Shown: positions 43,600-60,420 of the stretch, piece after piece
Layout: every line of letters starts with the position of its first letter
Position numbering within the stretch: position 1 is the stretch's first letter
Source of the DNA: the human T2T-CHM13v2.0 reference genome, Homo sapiens
Assembly: GCF_009914755.1 (NCBI RefSeq)
Contig: NC_060934.1
Length of the DNA stretch: 64,000 nt
Direction: 5' to 3' (one strand)
Translations under genes and position numbers: made by a program
The notes under the pieces: model-generated
Databases searched by the model: none
Told to the model about the DNA's origin: nothing
The model's input: the letters and a program-made list of their open reading frames with translations, nothing else

Positions 43600-44700
43600 A
43601 AACCTTTTTACAGCCCGGGGCTTTCACGGCTAACAAACCAAGAAAAATCAATCCCGCATCACCTTAGGGCCGGGCATGAGGAGCTGCAGATGCTGCGCCT
43701 ACTTTCAGAAGACCCCAGTGTGGCACGTCCAGCCCAGATTCTTATCTTTTCTGACTGACAGTGACTTTATCTCTCTAATCCCTCTGGCCACCCCCGCCTC
43801 CGCCAGTGTGTGTGTGTGTGTGAGTGCGCGCGCGCGCACGCGTGTGTGTGTGTGTGTGTGCTGGGGGACGCTTAGGTAGGAGGCTGCTCAAGACACCCAA
43901 AGTATTCTGGAAGCAAGCACCCTCTGGGGCCCTGTGCTTTGTCAGAGCAGCTGGGCTAGCTGTGAGGAGGTCAGCGAAAGGTAACCAGGTCACCCTCCTT
44001 TCAAGGGTGCAAAGGGATGCTCCAAGCTCTCGCGTCCCCATGAGCCTGCGGATGTGGGGACTGCGGGTGGGCAGAGAGACCCCCCATAATCCCGCCCACC
44101 CTGGCGCGGCTCCTCCCGGGCGCGCTCCCGCCCCGCCACGCCCCGCGACGCCCGCGCTACCTGGGGACGCTGGAAGCTCCCGCGGCGGCTCTGGGTCCCG
44201 CCGGGCGGCCGAGGCTGGCGCGGGCTTTGTAAAGCCGCCGGGACAGCGCCGACCCCGCCCCGCCCCGCCGACCCCGCCCTCTCCCACCTCGGCCGCCTCC
44301 CCCGCCTGCATCCCGGGCCACAGTCCCCGTTCCGCCACCTCGCTCCCGGCCCGGCAGCCGCCGCCCTGCGGGGCGGGGACCACGGGTCCCTCCACATCCT
44401 CGCGGCCTGCCGGACAGTCCTGCGGGCGGGGCCCCAACGCCTAGGCGGTCCCGGGAGCCCTGGGCCGCCTCCCCCCGCCCCCCAGGGCTGTCACCCGCTG
44501 GCGCGTGGGGCTCCTACTGGGACCCCGGTCTTTGGACCTGGCCCCTGTGGCCCCAGTGCCTGCGGCCTCGCCATTCTCCGCTCAGGGCCCGAGGGGCCGC
44601 CCTTCCTGGAGGCCTCCCCAGGACCCACCCACCTCTGGGACTTGCGGGGGCATCTCCTGCAAATGGACGCCAAGTCTGGGGAAAGTTTCTGGCGATGTCA
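43600..44700. promoter_or_regulatory. CpG island / GC-box promoter
   Basis: Abrupt rise in GC and CpG in an AT-rich window; many ccccgccc (Sp/KLF) boxes at 44090-44480; candidate minus-strand donors CAG|GTAGCG (44161/44160) and AAG|GTGATG (43663/43662). Confidence 0.9.
43806..43860. repeat. (TG)n-(CG)n-(TG)n alternating purine-pyrimidine tract
   Basis: gtgtgtgtgtgtgtgtgagtgcgcgcgcgcgcacgcgtgtgtgtgtgtgtgtgtg. Confidence 0.95.
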
Positions 44701-45908
44701 AGGGTCAGCCTTTTCTTATAGGGACGTTCTCTAGCCAACTGATGGAAACTCAAGGATTCCATCAGGGGGTTCTGCTGACATCACAAATCACACATGGCTT
44801 AGTCGTTTACTAATGGTCCTGTCGTTACTTAGTCGTTACACATGGTCCTGTCGTGTCGTTTACATAGAGACTCTCCATCCTTACTGCAACCTTCTGCACG
44901 TTCGCCTTTGGAGGCCCCAAGCTAGTGACATGTCAGCGACAGGGTGTAAGGAACTTAATTTTTAAATAAACAATTAATATTAGAAACCCGCACATTTATA
45001 CGTTTGCTGTGCACCAAGCTCTAAGTGTGGCCACCTTTGAATAGTTCAGACCTTCCAGTGGTCAAGATGATCTAGGCCAATCACTATCCTGCACTTCCTC
45101 ATCTACAGAACTTTTGGTCTTTTTACTCTTCTTTTTCATTTTCCCTTTGATATTAAGGAGAGGTAAAAATAAGATGCAACAAAATCAGTTTGAAGAGCTT
45201 TTAACAGCTGGTGTAAAACTTTATGGGAGAGGCAGTCTGCAATCATTGGAAATAAGATTAGAAAATTATCTGTACACCTAACTGCAGTTTTACCATTTTT
45301 TTGCATGAGCTTGCGTAATGAAGGGCTAGAGATAGCTATTATTTTTAGCAGAAATAATGCTTTTCTAAGAATTAAGTAGATTAAAAGTATGATATAGCTG
45401 GGATGTCAGATCAGGGTAAAACTCTATTGACAGAAGAACGAACGAAACGAGCTGATAGTATAGGAGATCCAACAACTCTTTGAAGTAGTAAAATTGGTTT
45501 TGTCTTGGAGTTTATGCAAATGGTTATGCTAGAAAACAGAACCTTTATAGTCCTAGTTGCCTTTTAATGAATTCTTTCCTTTTCAATATCTCTATTTCCT
45601 TCAACTGTTTCTCTTTCTAATAAGATATAATTTAAAGATTGCTCAAAGCTTTGGACATCCATTCATTCTTCATTTCTTTTCTTCTTCTTCTTCTTATTAT
45701 TATTATAATACTTTAAATTCTAGGGTACATGTGCACAACCTGCTGGTTTGTTACATAGGTATACATGTGCCATGTTGGGTTGCTGCACCCATCAACTCAT
45801 CACTTACATTAGGTATTTCTCCAAAAGCTATCCCTCCCGCAGCCCACCACCACCCAACAGGCCTTGGTGTGTGATGTTCCCCTCCCTGTGTCCCTGTGTT
45901 CTCATTGT

Positions 45909-49674
<3,766 letters not shown>

Positions 49675-49737
49675 CACGATGCCAGCTGGTTACGTCACCC
49701 ATTAATTGATACAGTTTCTTTATAGCATCGATGGTCT

Positions 49738-50765
49738 TTACAATTTGGCATGTTTTTGCAGTGCCTGGTACTGGTTGTTCCCTTCCATGTTTAGTGCTTC
49801 CTTCAGGAGCTCCTATAAGGCAGGCCGGGTGGTGACAAAAATCTCTCAGCATTTGCTTGTCTGTATAGGATTTTATTTCTCCTTCACTTATGAAGCTTAG
49901 TTTGGCTGGATATGAAATTCTGGGTTGAAAATTCTTTTCTTTAAGAATGTTGAATATTGGCCCCCACCCTTTTCTGGCTTGTAGGGTTTCTGCCGAGAGG
50001 TCCACTGTTAGTCTGATAGGCTTCCCTTTGTGGGTAACCTGACCTTTCTCTCTGGCTTCCCTCAACATTCCTTTCTTCATTTCAATCTTGGTGAATCTGA
50101 CAATTAGGTGTCTTGAGGTTGCTCTTCTCAAGGAGTATCTTTGTGGTGTTCTCTGTGTTTTCTGAATTTGAATGTTGGCCTGCCTTGCTAGGTTGGGGAA
50201 GTTCTCCTGGATAATATCCTGAAGAGTGTTTTCTAACTTGGTTCCATTCTCCCCATCACTTTCAGGTACACCAATCAAACGTAGATTTGGTCTTTTCACA
50301 TAGTCCCATATTTCTTGGAGGCTTTGTTCGTTTCTTTTCACTCTTTTATTTTTAATCTTGTCTTCTCTCTTTATTTCATTAATTTGATCCTCAATCACTG
50401 ATACCCTTTCTTCTGGTTGATCAAATTGGCTATTGAAGCTTGTGTATGCTTCACGCAGTTCTTGTACTGTGGTTTTCAGCTCCATCAGGTCATTTAAGCT
50501 CTTCTCTTCACTGGTTATTCTAGTTAGCCATTCGTCTAACCTTTTTTCAAGGTTTTAAGCTTCCTTGCGATGGGTTAGAATGGTTAGAAGATGCTCCTTT
50601 AGTTATTGTTATTACTGACCTTCTGAAGCCTACTTCTGTCAGCTCGTCAAACTCATTCTCCATGCAGCTTTGCTCCCTTGCTGGTGAGGAGTTGTGTTTC
50701 TTTGGATGAGAAGAGGCATTCTGGTTTTTGGAATTTTCAGGCTTTCTGCTCTGGTTTCTCCTCAT
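49738..50765 (-). pseudogene. ORF1: L1 ORF1p, frameshifted
   Basis: ORFs 50547-50765 and 49607-50485 (EIWDYVKRPNLRLIGVPE, RISYPAKLSF). Confidence 0.95.
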
Positions 50766-51803
50766 CTTTGTGGTTTTATCTACCTTTGGTCTTTGATGTT
50801 GGTGACCTACACATGGAGTTTTGGTGTGGATGTCCTTTTTGTTGATGTTGATGGTATTCCTTTCTGTTTGTTAGTTTTCCCTCTAACATTCAGGCCCCTC
50901 AGCTGCAGGTCTGTTGGAGTTTGCTGGAGCTCCACTCCAGACGTTGTTTGCCTGGGTATCACCAGCAGAGGCTGTAGAACAGCAAATATTGCTGCCCAAT
51001 CCTTCCTCTGGAAGCTTTGTCCCAGAGGGGCACCCACCTGTATGAGGTGTCTGTCAGCCCCTACTGGGAGGTGTCTCCCAGTCAGGCTACATGGGAGTCA
51101 GGGACCCACTTGAGGAGGCAGTCTGTCTGTTCTCAGATCTCAAACGCTGTGCTGGGAGAATCACTGCTCTCTTCAGAGCTGTCAGGCAGGGATGTTTAAG
51201 TCTGCAGAAGCTGTCTGCTGACTTTTGTTCGTATATGCCCTGCCTCCAGAAGTAGAATCTAGAGGGGCAGTAGGCCTTACTGAACTGTGGTGGGCACTGC
51301 CCAATTTGAGCTTCCCTGCCACTTTGTTTACACTCTGAGCATAGAACCCCCTACTCAAGCCTCAGCAATGGTGGACACCCCTCCCCCACAAGCTCCAGTG
51401 TCCCAGGTTGATCCTAGACTGCTGTGCTAGCTGTGAGCAAGGTTCTGTGGGCATGAGACCTGCCGAACCAAGCATGGGAGGGAATCTCCTGGTCTGCTGG
51501 TTGTGGAGACCATGGGAAAAGTGTAGTATTTGGGCAGAAGTGTGCCGTTCCTACAGGTACAGTCACTCACAGCTTCCCTTGGCTAGGAAAAGGAAATCCC
51601 CTGACCCCTTGCACTTCCTGGGTGAGGTTACACACCACCCTGCTTTGGCTCACCCTCCGTGGGCTGCACCCACTGTCCAACAAGTGCCAATGAAATGAAC
51701 AAGTACCTCAGTTGGAAATGCAGAAATCACCCGTCTTCTGTGTTGATCTCACTGGGAGCTGTAGACCAGACCTGTTCCTATTCAGCCATCTTGGAAGCGA
51801 CCT

Positions 51804-52001
51804 TTTTCTTTTCTTTTTTAGAGACAAGGTCTCACTCATTTTCTTTTCCTTTTTAGAGACAAGGTCTCACTCTGTGGCCCAGGCTGGACTGCAGTGACAC
51901 TATCATAGCTCACTATAACCTTGAACTTCCACCCTCAAGCCATCCTCCAACTTGGCCCCCCAAAGTGCTGGGATTACATGTATGAGTCACCACACCTGGT
52001 C
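51804..52001 (-). mobile_element. FRAM/AluJ-like monomer with 35-bp duplication of its tail junction
   Basis: tttcttttcYtttttagagacaaggtctcactc at 51804-51837 and 51839-51872, then monomer body. Confidence 0.8.
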
Positions 52002-52011
52002 CCATTTAGTC

Positions 52012-52320
<309 letters not shown>

Positions 52321-52584
52321 GGTCCCATTCATTCTTTAAAGAATGTAATGAGGGCTCAGCAAATGGTTGGCATTGAGCATGGTGCAGGTAATATAAGGGG
52401 GAACCAGATAGACATTAGGAGCTTACATTCTAATGAGAGAGGAGACACCTGCTAAACAGACAAGTACAAAAATGACCAATTGCACCTTTGAAAAGTTGTG
52501 TGTGGAGAAATGGAGTGGTAGGAGAGCACAGCCTCTACGTGGTTTTAATTTTAGATTCCTCTTTTGATTTGAACCCTAGAATTA

Positions 52585-52864
52585 TTTTTTTTTCTTTTTT
52601 TTTTTTCTGATACAGGGTCTTACTCTGTCACCCAGGCTGAAGTGCAGTAGCATGATCTCAGCTCACTGCAACCTCCGCCTCTCAGGTTCAAGAGAGGCAA
52701 AGCTGCTGGCACATGACCATGCCCAGCTAATTTTCATATTTTTTAGTAGAGATGGGGTTTCCCCAAGATAGCCAGGCTGATCTCAAACTCCTGGCCTCAA
52801 GTGATCCACCAGCCTTGGTCTCCCAAAGTGCTGGGATTACAGGTGTGAGCTACCGCACCCGGCG
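52585..52864 (-). mobile_element. Alu (Jb/Sz-like) with internal deletion/replacement
   Basis: Alu arms with anomalous segment gagaggcaaagctgctggc at ~52692-52710. Confidence 0.9.
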
Positions 52865-52879
52865 GTATTATTTCAAGCC

Positions 52880-53630
52880 AGCAAAGATTTTGATGTTGTT
52901 GTTATCCTTTCTTTCGTATCCCATATCTAATCCATTAGGAAATCCTGATACCTCCATCTTCCAAAGGTATTTCAAATCCTAGGTCCACTCTCTTCCAAAC
53001 TAGCATTGTTTACTTGGATTTGCGAAAAAGCCTCTAAACTTGTCTTTCTGCTCTTAGTCTTGCCCCATAGTCTGTTATCCAGATAGCATTTAATGCGACA
53101 GTTTTTGAAAGTATATATCATAATTCTTGTCAGTCCTCTGCTCAAAAAAAAAAAAAAAAACCCTCAATGGCTTTCTATTGGTCTCAGAATACAATACAAC
53201 AGGACCCTGTCTGTCAAGGCCTTACCTGCTTGCCACTTCACCTCTCTTACCTCCTTCTCTACCACTGTCCTCTCCTACATCTTGTCACAGATTCTCTGGC
53301 TTTCTTTTGCTCTTTCAACCTCATTCTCCTGTCTCTTGACCTTTGAGCTAGAACTCTTCCTGTTAATATTTAGAGTCTTGCTCCTCAGCTACATCAGATG
53401 TCTACTCCCATGTCTGCTATTGGAGAAGCAATCCATCACCACCCATTCTACAAATAGCCCCCTTTCTCAACCTCCTCATTCTTTGTCTCCTTAATTAATT
53501 TAGTTTTCCTTTTAATACATAAGTTAACATGTGTGTGTGCATTGTCTGCTGTTTTCCCCCTACAGTGAGAACAGCAACTTGGTTATAGTGCCAGGAACAT
53601 AGAAAGCATTCAATAAATATTTGTTGAAAG
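52880..53630 (+). mobile_element. L2 fragments
   Basis: tcagtcctctgctcaaaa...ccctcaatggctt; 3' end gtgccaggaacatagaaagcattcaataaatatttgttgaa. Confidence 0.7.
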
Positions 53631-53645
53631 CAAGCATATAAATTA

Positions 53646-54014
53646 TATTATAGAATGGAGGTTTGTGTTACCACAAGATTCATGTGTTGAAACCCTAATC
53701 CCCAAATATGACTGTATTTGGAGACAGGGCCTTTAAGGAAGTAACTGGGCCCTGATCTGATAGTATTGGTGTCCTTATGAGAAGAGACATCTGAGCACTC
53801 ACTCCCTCTCTTCATATGCATACACTGAGGAAAGGTGGTGTGAGCTGATACTGGGAAGGTAGTCACTTGCAAGCCAGGAAGGGAGCCCGAACTGAATCAG
53901 CTGGCACTTTGATCTTGGACTTTCCAACCTCCAGAACAGTGAGAAACAAATTTCTGTCATGTAAGCCACCCAGTGTATGATATTTTGTTATGGCAGCCCA
54001 AGCAGACTAAGACA
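53646..54014 (+). mobile_element. MLT1A-type MaLR solo LTR
   Basis: gttgaaaccctaatcccc...gatcttggactttccaacctccagaacagtgagaaacaaatttctg...gcagactaagaca; 5-bp TSD aatta (53641-45, 54015-19). Confidence 0.9.
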
Positions 54015-55367
54015 AATTACAAAGAATATAGCACAAAAGAAACAAGGAGTTTAGATAGAATCTACACACACATTGTGTCACAAATCATTTCAGGATCACT
54101 CGTGCAATTGAAAGGTGTAATGGTGTGACCTTTAACCAGTAAATAACCCTTTGCAGCACTTCTCAGAATAATTGAGGCTTCAAGAATACTCTTATCTTAA
54201 CCTGAGAGTACAATAGGTGTTCAAGATGAACGAATACCTTTTACAGCTTTTTTTGTTATTTTTTCTAAAGTCATGAATGCTTGAAGCTCAGAGGAGAAAG
54301 AATTATCTAGTTACAATAGGGGAAAAAAATGCTCTATGAAAGTTCCCAACTGATCACAATGAAGGAGTCACATGCAGCTGGGTGCCTAGAACATAGCCAT
54401 GACCTGTTGCTATTCAAGTAAAATATCAAATGCTTCCAATAACAGCTACAGCTACCTACCACAACTGTTTTTACTCTTGGTCTCCAAAGTAGGCCATGAG
54501 GAATAAGTATTAGAGCTTCCACTTACATTTTTTATTATAAAAGAAACTAAGCCTCTGCAAATGTGCAATAAACAGATTGAAATTGGTGCCCTTATTTGCC
54601 CAGAGGTCAGCTGGTCTCTTGACCTCCCTTTCAGAGATATCCTGAGGAAATATTGGGAAAGTCACTGTATGGAGGGGCTACCATGTGGTCTTTACACTTC
54701 TTTCATTTCCACTGTGTTGCCTCTATTGATGTTTATGTGTGTTCACTTAAGGAACTGAAGATTCTATTTTCCAATTTTAACCAAGTAGAAGTATCAGAAT
54801 AGAAAAGTGGTTTACAAGGATTTCTGCAGAGAAGACAATACTAGTAATATAAGTTTAAGCAACAACAGGAAATCAGTGCAGTTGACAGATTTCCTACTGT
54901 ATTCTTAGCCTAATGGGAGAGGTTAGCAACACTGATGATCTATCTAATTCAGACTTACAAAAAGTCAGCTCCTCCCTTCCACTGAGATATAGGTTTACAT
55001 TTACTTTTATTAATGATGAACCTTGCCTTGAATATATTTATTGTATTTCGAGACATAGGCCAATGCCAATGATAATATGAAACATTGTGGCAAGCAAAAT
55101 ATTAATAAATATTACATGTTTAATCATTAAATGATTTTTCAAATTTACTTGTGTGTATGTTTTATAATGTACAATGGTGTGTGTAATAAATAAGCAATCT
55201 TATTATTAAGTTAACAAATAAATAAATATTGGGGACATATAATGAACATTTCTAACTGATGTAGTATCATAAAAGTTTGGAAACCATGGATTTACATATA
55301 CAGGGGTAAAATAATTTATTAGAACACAAAACCCTGGTCTTGAAGGAGAAGAACAAATAAATCCAAC

Positions 55368-55368
55368 T

Positions 55369-55399
<31 letters not shown>

Positions 55400-55663
55400 A
55401 GACAGAGTCTCGTTCTGTTGACCAGGCTAGAGTGCAGTGGTGTGATGGTTCACTGTAACCGCTGCCTCCCAGGTTCCAGAGATTCTCATGCCTCAGCATC
55501 CGGAGCAGCTGGGACTACAGGCACAGCTAATTTTTGTATTTTTGGTAGAAACGGGGTTTCATCATGTTGGCCAGGCTGGTCTTGAACTCCTGGCCTCAAG
55601 TGATCTGCCCACCTCAGCCTCTCAAAGTGCTGGGATTACAGACGTGAGCCACCGTGCCCAGCC
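55368..55663 (-). mobile_element. Alu (Sz/Jb-like), small internal deletion
   Basis: Dimeric Alu; TSD aaatccaac. Confidence 0.93.
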
Positions 55664-56219
55664 CAAATCCAACATTTTAATTACAGGATATCTGCTAAGG
55701 GTATGGATGATTCAGCACCCTTCTATATCTTTCTTCTCTCCTATGCCTTTTAATCATTTCTCAATTTCAAGAAAAATGAGAAGAGAAGAAAGTTTGTTAA
55801 TTTACCATGATATTTGGAGAGGAAATTTAATTTGCCAAATAAAAGAAGTTTGATATCTATTTAGGGGTTTTTCAGTTTTGAATTCTTACGGATGATAATA
55901 ATATGACTTGAGATTCACCCATCTTCTTTAAATTTGTTGATTTTTCTCTTACAATGGAATGTACCCATAGGACTTGAGATTTGAAGTAATATTCATACAT
56001 GGTCAAATTCTTCTCACTGTTCCTTCTCACATACAAGAAAGGTTTGTCCTACTTTTTCAAGCTATCGAAAACTCCCTTCTTCCCACTCTAAAATTTTACA
56101 TGTTCATTGGCAGCATGAATTTTTACATTTTCATATTCAGCCACATGTATTGTGTAACTATTGGCATAATATTTTAATTAGGACTGTCTAGTTCTAGTTT
56201 CTTAGCTGAGTATCATCAT

Positions 56220-56395
56220 ATCATAAAATTTTGAGGTTGGAGGGATCCTTGGCTACAGTTCACTGTGTGAATGAAGATGCTGAGTTTCGAGATGCCCGAG
56301 GGGCTTGCTCATGGTCAAACCACTAGATCCTGGCAGAACTGAGACTAGATATCAAGCTTTCTGACTTCTCATTCTGCGTATTTTCTACTGCGACA
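56220..56395 (-). mobile_element. MIR
   Basis: gaatgaagatgctgag...cttgctcatggtcaaaccactag...ggcagaactgagactaga. Confidence 0.6.
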
Positions 56396-58129
56396 CGCTG
56401 CTGCAGAGTGAGCTTGATGAGAATCTTGTTTTTCTTGTCAAGTATGAGTTAGAGAAAGTGGGAGGTCTTAGGCTGTGCCTCACTGTGCTCATACATACGT
56501 GTGTTAGGCAGCCCAGGGAATTTCAGTTCCCCAAATATCCCAACCCCAAAAGGTGCCCATGAAGGAAAAGGGATCTCTCCTAGATTTTTGTTTATTTTAC
56601 AACTAATACAAAATGAGAGGAGACCTTATAGGTTATTTTATTTTTCCCTTTGGAGTCTTAGAAATTAACTCACTGCTAAGCCGCTGCCAGCTTCTATTTT
56701 CCCGATTAGAACTTTAACCTTCATAAAAAACATTATTTTGATAAGATGATCCTAGTGAAAAAAAATAGAAATAAGAATATCAGTAAAACCTAGGCATGCA
56801 GCATACTTTAAACTAGTTGGTAGGGATTATTGGTTACTGCTTAGCAATAATACCTAATGGTTTGGTAGAAAATTTTTAAGGAGAGTGAATGGAAACCTAA
56901 TTTACTGAGGTACTTAAAATACGACTAAATAGAATAGTGAAGAGTGTATTGTAGAGATAATCTAGTTGCCCAGATGGCCTTTCCATAGTTACAGCTTTTA
57001 TTGTTCTCAAAATGTGTGTGTTCTTTATTCTTTTATGAAAAAATAAAGATTTTCTTTTTCCCAGGGGCATGAAGTTACCCTGCAGTTTAGTTGTTAAAAT
57101 ACACTGAATATTTTTCTTTGTTACTTCTAGGACACTCATATTTATTCTGGAAGTCACCTTAGTTCCTGTGTTTTCCCTCTACATTTGAATTTCTGGCTCC
57201 AGACTCCGGATTTTAAGCTTGATAGTTATTTCTCATGATATTCCTCATAAGCTAGTTAATATGAGATTTTATGCCATGGATTAAAGAAAAAAAATGTTAA
57301 GGTTTGGATGTAGTCTTATCTTTTTAACTTTGATAGTTTTTTTTTTTTTCTCAGCCTTGGAAGCTGCAATAGGATGGTGTATGTCTGAAAGGAATTTGGA
57401 AATTTATTTGTAGTTGTTACAAAGGTGACTTGTAAATTCTGTAACCAAATTCCCATGGATTGTGCAGAAGATTCATTTCATTTTCTTATTAACAAAGTCT
57501 CAGAGTTTAAAAAATACATATTTTTACAGTACTATGCCTTCTGAGTTTTATTACAAAAGAAAACATTGAATAGTAAAATGACATCTCTATAAACTCTGTC
57601 CAGGTGGATTTTGTACATGTGGGCACCAACTTTTTTCATTCCATAAAAGAAGATAAGTCTTTGATTATAAGGATTCTGTCTGTTTTGCTTTCTCAATATG
57701 CAATGCCTAATAAATTATTTTATGGTAGTAATGTATTCATTTTCCACCTATAACATGCTTTGTGAGTAGAAACTGTAGACCTTGGAATTTATTGCAGGGA
57801 GTACCTGGAATTCTGAAACCATAATGTTAGAGTGCCAATATGAGAGCAAGTATTTGACCTTAAGAGGATATCCAAGCTTGAAGAGATGACAGCCAGAGAT
57901 CTTAATATCATTAAATATTAGTAAATTAAAATCTGATCCTTCGTCTCCCACTTACTCCATTATTTCCTAGGATAGAACGGATTGCTAAAGGTACAAAAAT
58001 CTGTTTGTTTTTAGGCTTTTATGCTTTGGTCTTTTTACCTTATACTTTAATATCTTTCTTGCGCCTCTCTCCATTATTAAAAAGGATGCATTACCTATAC
58101 TTAAAAAATTATGTTACAGTTATGCCACT

Positions 58130-58620
58130 TCCCTCCTTAAAATGTGGCTCCCATTGCACCTAGAATTAAATTCTCTCAGCATAGCTGGCAAGGCCCTGTA
58201 GGACCAACTCTAACTCTATCTACTCTCTTATCACTAAGTTTGGTGATACTAGATGACTTTTCATTTCTTGAAGATAGCTTGCTCATTTTTGACCTTGCAT
58301 CTGTAAACTTGTAATTCTCTCTGGAATGTTCAGAGCCCAAAATTTCAAATGACTGGTTCCTTCTCAATGTTCCTTTCCTCCCTACCCATCTAATGTGGCC
58401 ACATACCCCTCCAGTCCTTCCACATCACTTTAACCTATTTTTAAAAGCCAATTTTGAAAATGGGATTATTTATTTATTTACATATTATGACATAATCTCC
58501 ATTAAAATGCAATTGCCATGAAACTAGAGACCCTGTCTATATGTTCACATCTCTATAATCATTATTTAGCACAGAACCTAGAACATAGTAGGTGCTTGGT
58601 AAATATATATTTTTAATGAA
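58130..58620 (+). mobile_element. L2 fragments
   Basis: ggctcccattgcacctagaattaaatt...cctagaacatagtaggtgcttggtaaata. Confidence 0.65.
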
Positions 58621-58649
58621 AATATGGTGGCAGAAATGATATAAGTAGT

Positions 58650-58850
58650 AGTTAAAAGTATAGAATTGAGATCTGTGATCAAATCCTGGTCTCTTGCCAT
58701 TTAATTTTCTCAAGTTTCTTCGCTGCCCCAATCATGATAATATGGTAAATACTCATCAATCAGGCTATGGTGGATATTATTTTGAGGTGATAATATATTA
58801 AGTGTTCAGCACATGCCTAGCATATAGCAATTGCTCACTAAATAGTAGCT
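58650..58850 (+). mobile_element. MIR
   Basis: tcaaatcctggtctcttgcca...agcacatgcctagcatatagcaattgctcactaaat. Confidence 0.55.
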
Positions 58851-60039
58851 ATAATAGTTTTTCTGCAGAACAGTAGCAGAGCAGGATGGGCTGCAGGCCA
58901 TTTACACTGAGAATCCTGAGGCATGCCAGGGCGTAAAAACCAGAGAACAAATTCTTTTTGTTTAAGTTCAAAAGTGCAAACATCCAAAGTTCAGAATTTG
59001 GGTAGAGTAGGTGAGAGCAAGAAGCAAGGATGAAGGAAAGGGAGAACACTGAAGACAGTGTTTGCTAGTGGGATTTAGTCCATTTTTATTGGCAGGATTG
59101 CACGTGAGTAGCTCTATTTGGCTTAAAACTCCAGAAGCAAGGCTAGAAACTGATTCTCTACAGGTGAAACTTACATTACTTTGTTTGTTGATTTTTGAAA
59201 CTATTTTGGATATTTTATCTATCTTGTTCTAAATAACTAAGAAGAGCCTAATTTGATTATTCTGTGAGGTAAACTATCCTCTTTTATATGTATATGACTC
59301 TTCTCAATTTCATACTGAAATTTAGTGACTACACAAACCTTATTTGATCACTTGATGGTAGTTTGTTCTAAGTTATATAGGCACAGTGCTTAGGGCTATA
59401 GCAAAATAATGGACAAAAAAATCTCTTTTGAAAACAGTTTAATCTTTGATGTTTTAAAAAATAAGAAAGAGAAATAAGGAACAACAGTGTAGTTATAAGA
59501 AAAAACATCTAAACTTGGTTAGAATTCCTTACTCATATTTATGACTTTGCTTTGCCATATTGAATTACATATAGATAGAGGGATCAGGGCCAAACAAAAT
59601 ATCTCCAGGGCTTGGTTCTCCAAAGGCTTTAATCCAATCCTCTCTAGACACATTTTTATAAAACAGGATTGAAGATTTTAGATCTCAAATCTCAGGTCCC
59701 AGTTGCAAATTTTCAGTCTCCAACCCTAACTAACTCTTCCTTAAGACGAAAACAAACAAACAAAACCAAATACCTACACATCCAAGACTTTTCTGGAAAG
59801 GGGGCATATGCTGTGGGGAGGGATGTTTAAATTTTCTGTTTTTAATTTTTTAAACAACTCTCCAAAGTAGAGAAAATTTGAAGAATTAAAAAATTAAAAA
59901 GATTATATTCTAATTTCTGATGTCATTTTACTGTAGTTCCATTCAATATTCTTTTTATATGCATTTCTTTAATAGCCTAGTAATAAGCAGAGTATTTGAG
60001 GAATTACCAGTTGTTTGGGCCCTGTATGTTTTTGAAGTT

Positions 60040-60420
60040 AGTTGTAGTCAGGATAGATTAGGTTATTATGAGGTAACAAACAACTCCAATCTCTCAATGC
60101 CTTTACACAATAAAAGTTAATTTCTTCCTCATGCAGACCCAGGGGATTTGAATGATTCTTCAGTTGTCTTCCACAAGGTGGCTTGGCAATTTAAGGTCTT
60201 TTGATTTTGTTTCTCTGTAAACTCAAAATCTCAATTCAAGGCTTCCTTGATTGTTACAGTAAGAAAGGGGGCTATATGGGCCTTTTCAGTTTTTCAGCCC
60301 TGCTCACATTTCACCGGACAGAACTCAGCCCCGTGGTCCTGCCTAACTGCAAGTGCATTGGGAAGTGAGGTTTTCCATGTGCTGTGGAAGGAGCTAGGAA
60401 CCTGAAATATATAGGCTAGC
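60040..60420 (-). mobile_element. Old MLT1 (J/K-type) LTR fragment
   Basis: agtcaggatagattaggttattatgaggtaacaaacaactccaatctc...cctaactgcaagtgcattgggaagtg. Confidence 0.6.

Noticed and set aside
43775-44444. Long ORFs of 220, 206 and 135 aa on both strands
   Set aside because: Low-complexity P/A/G/R-rich translations of a stop-poor CpG island, including a microsatellite; no recognisable domain.
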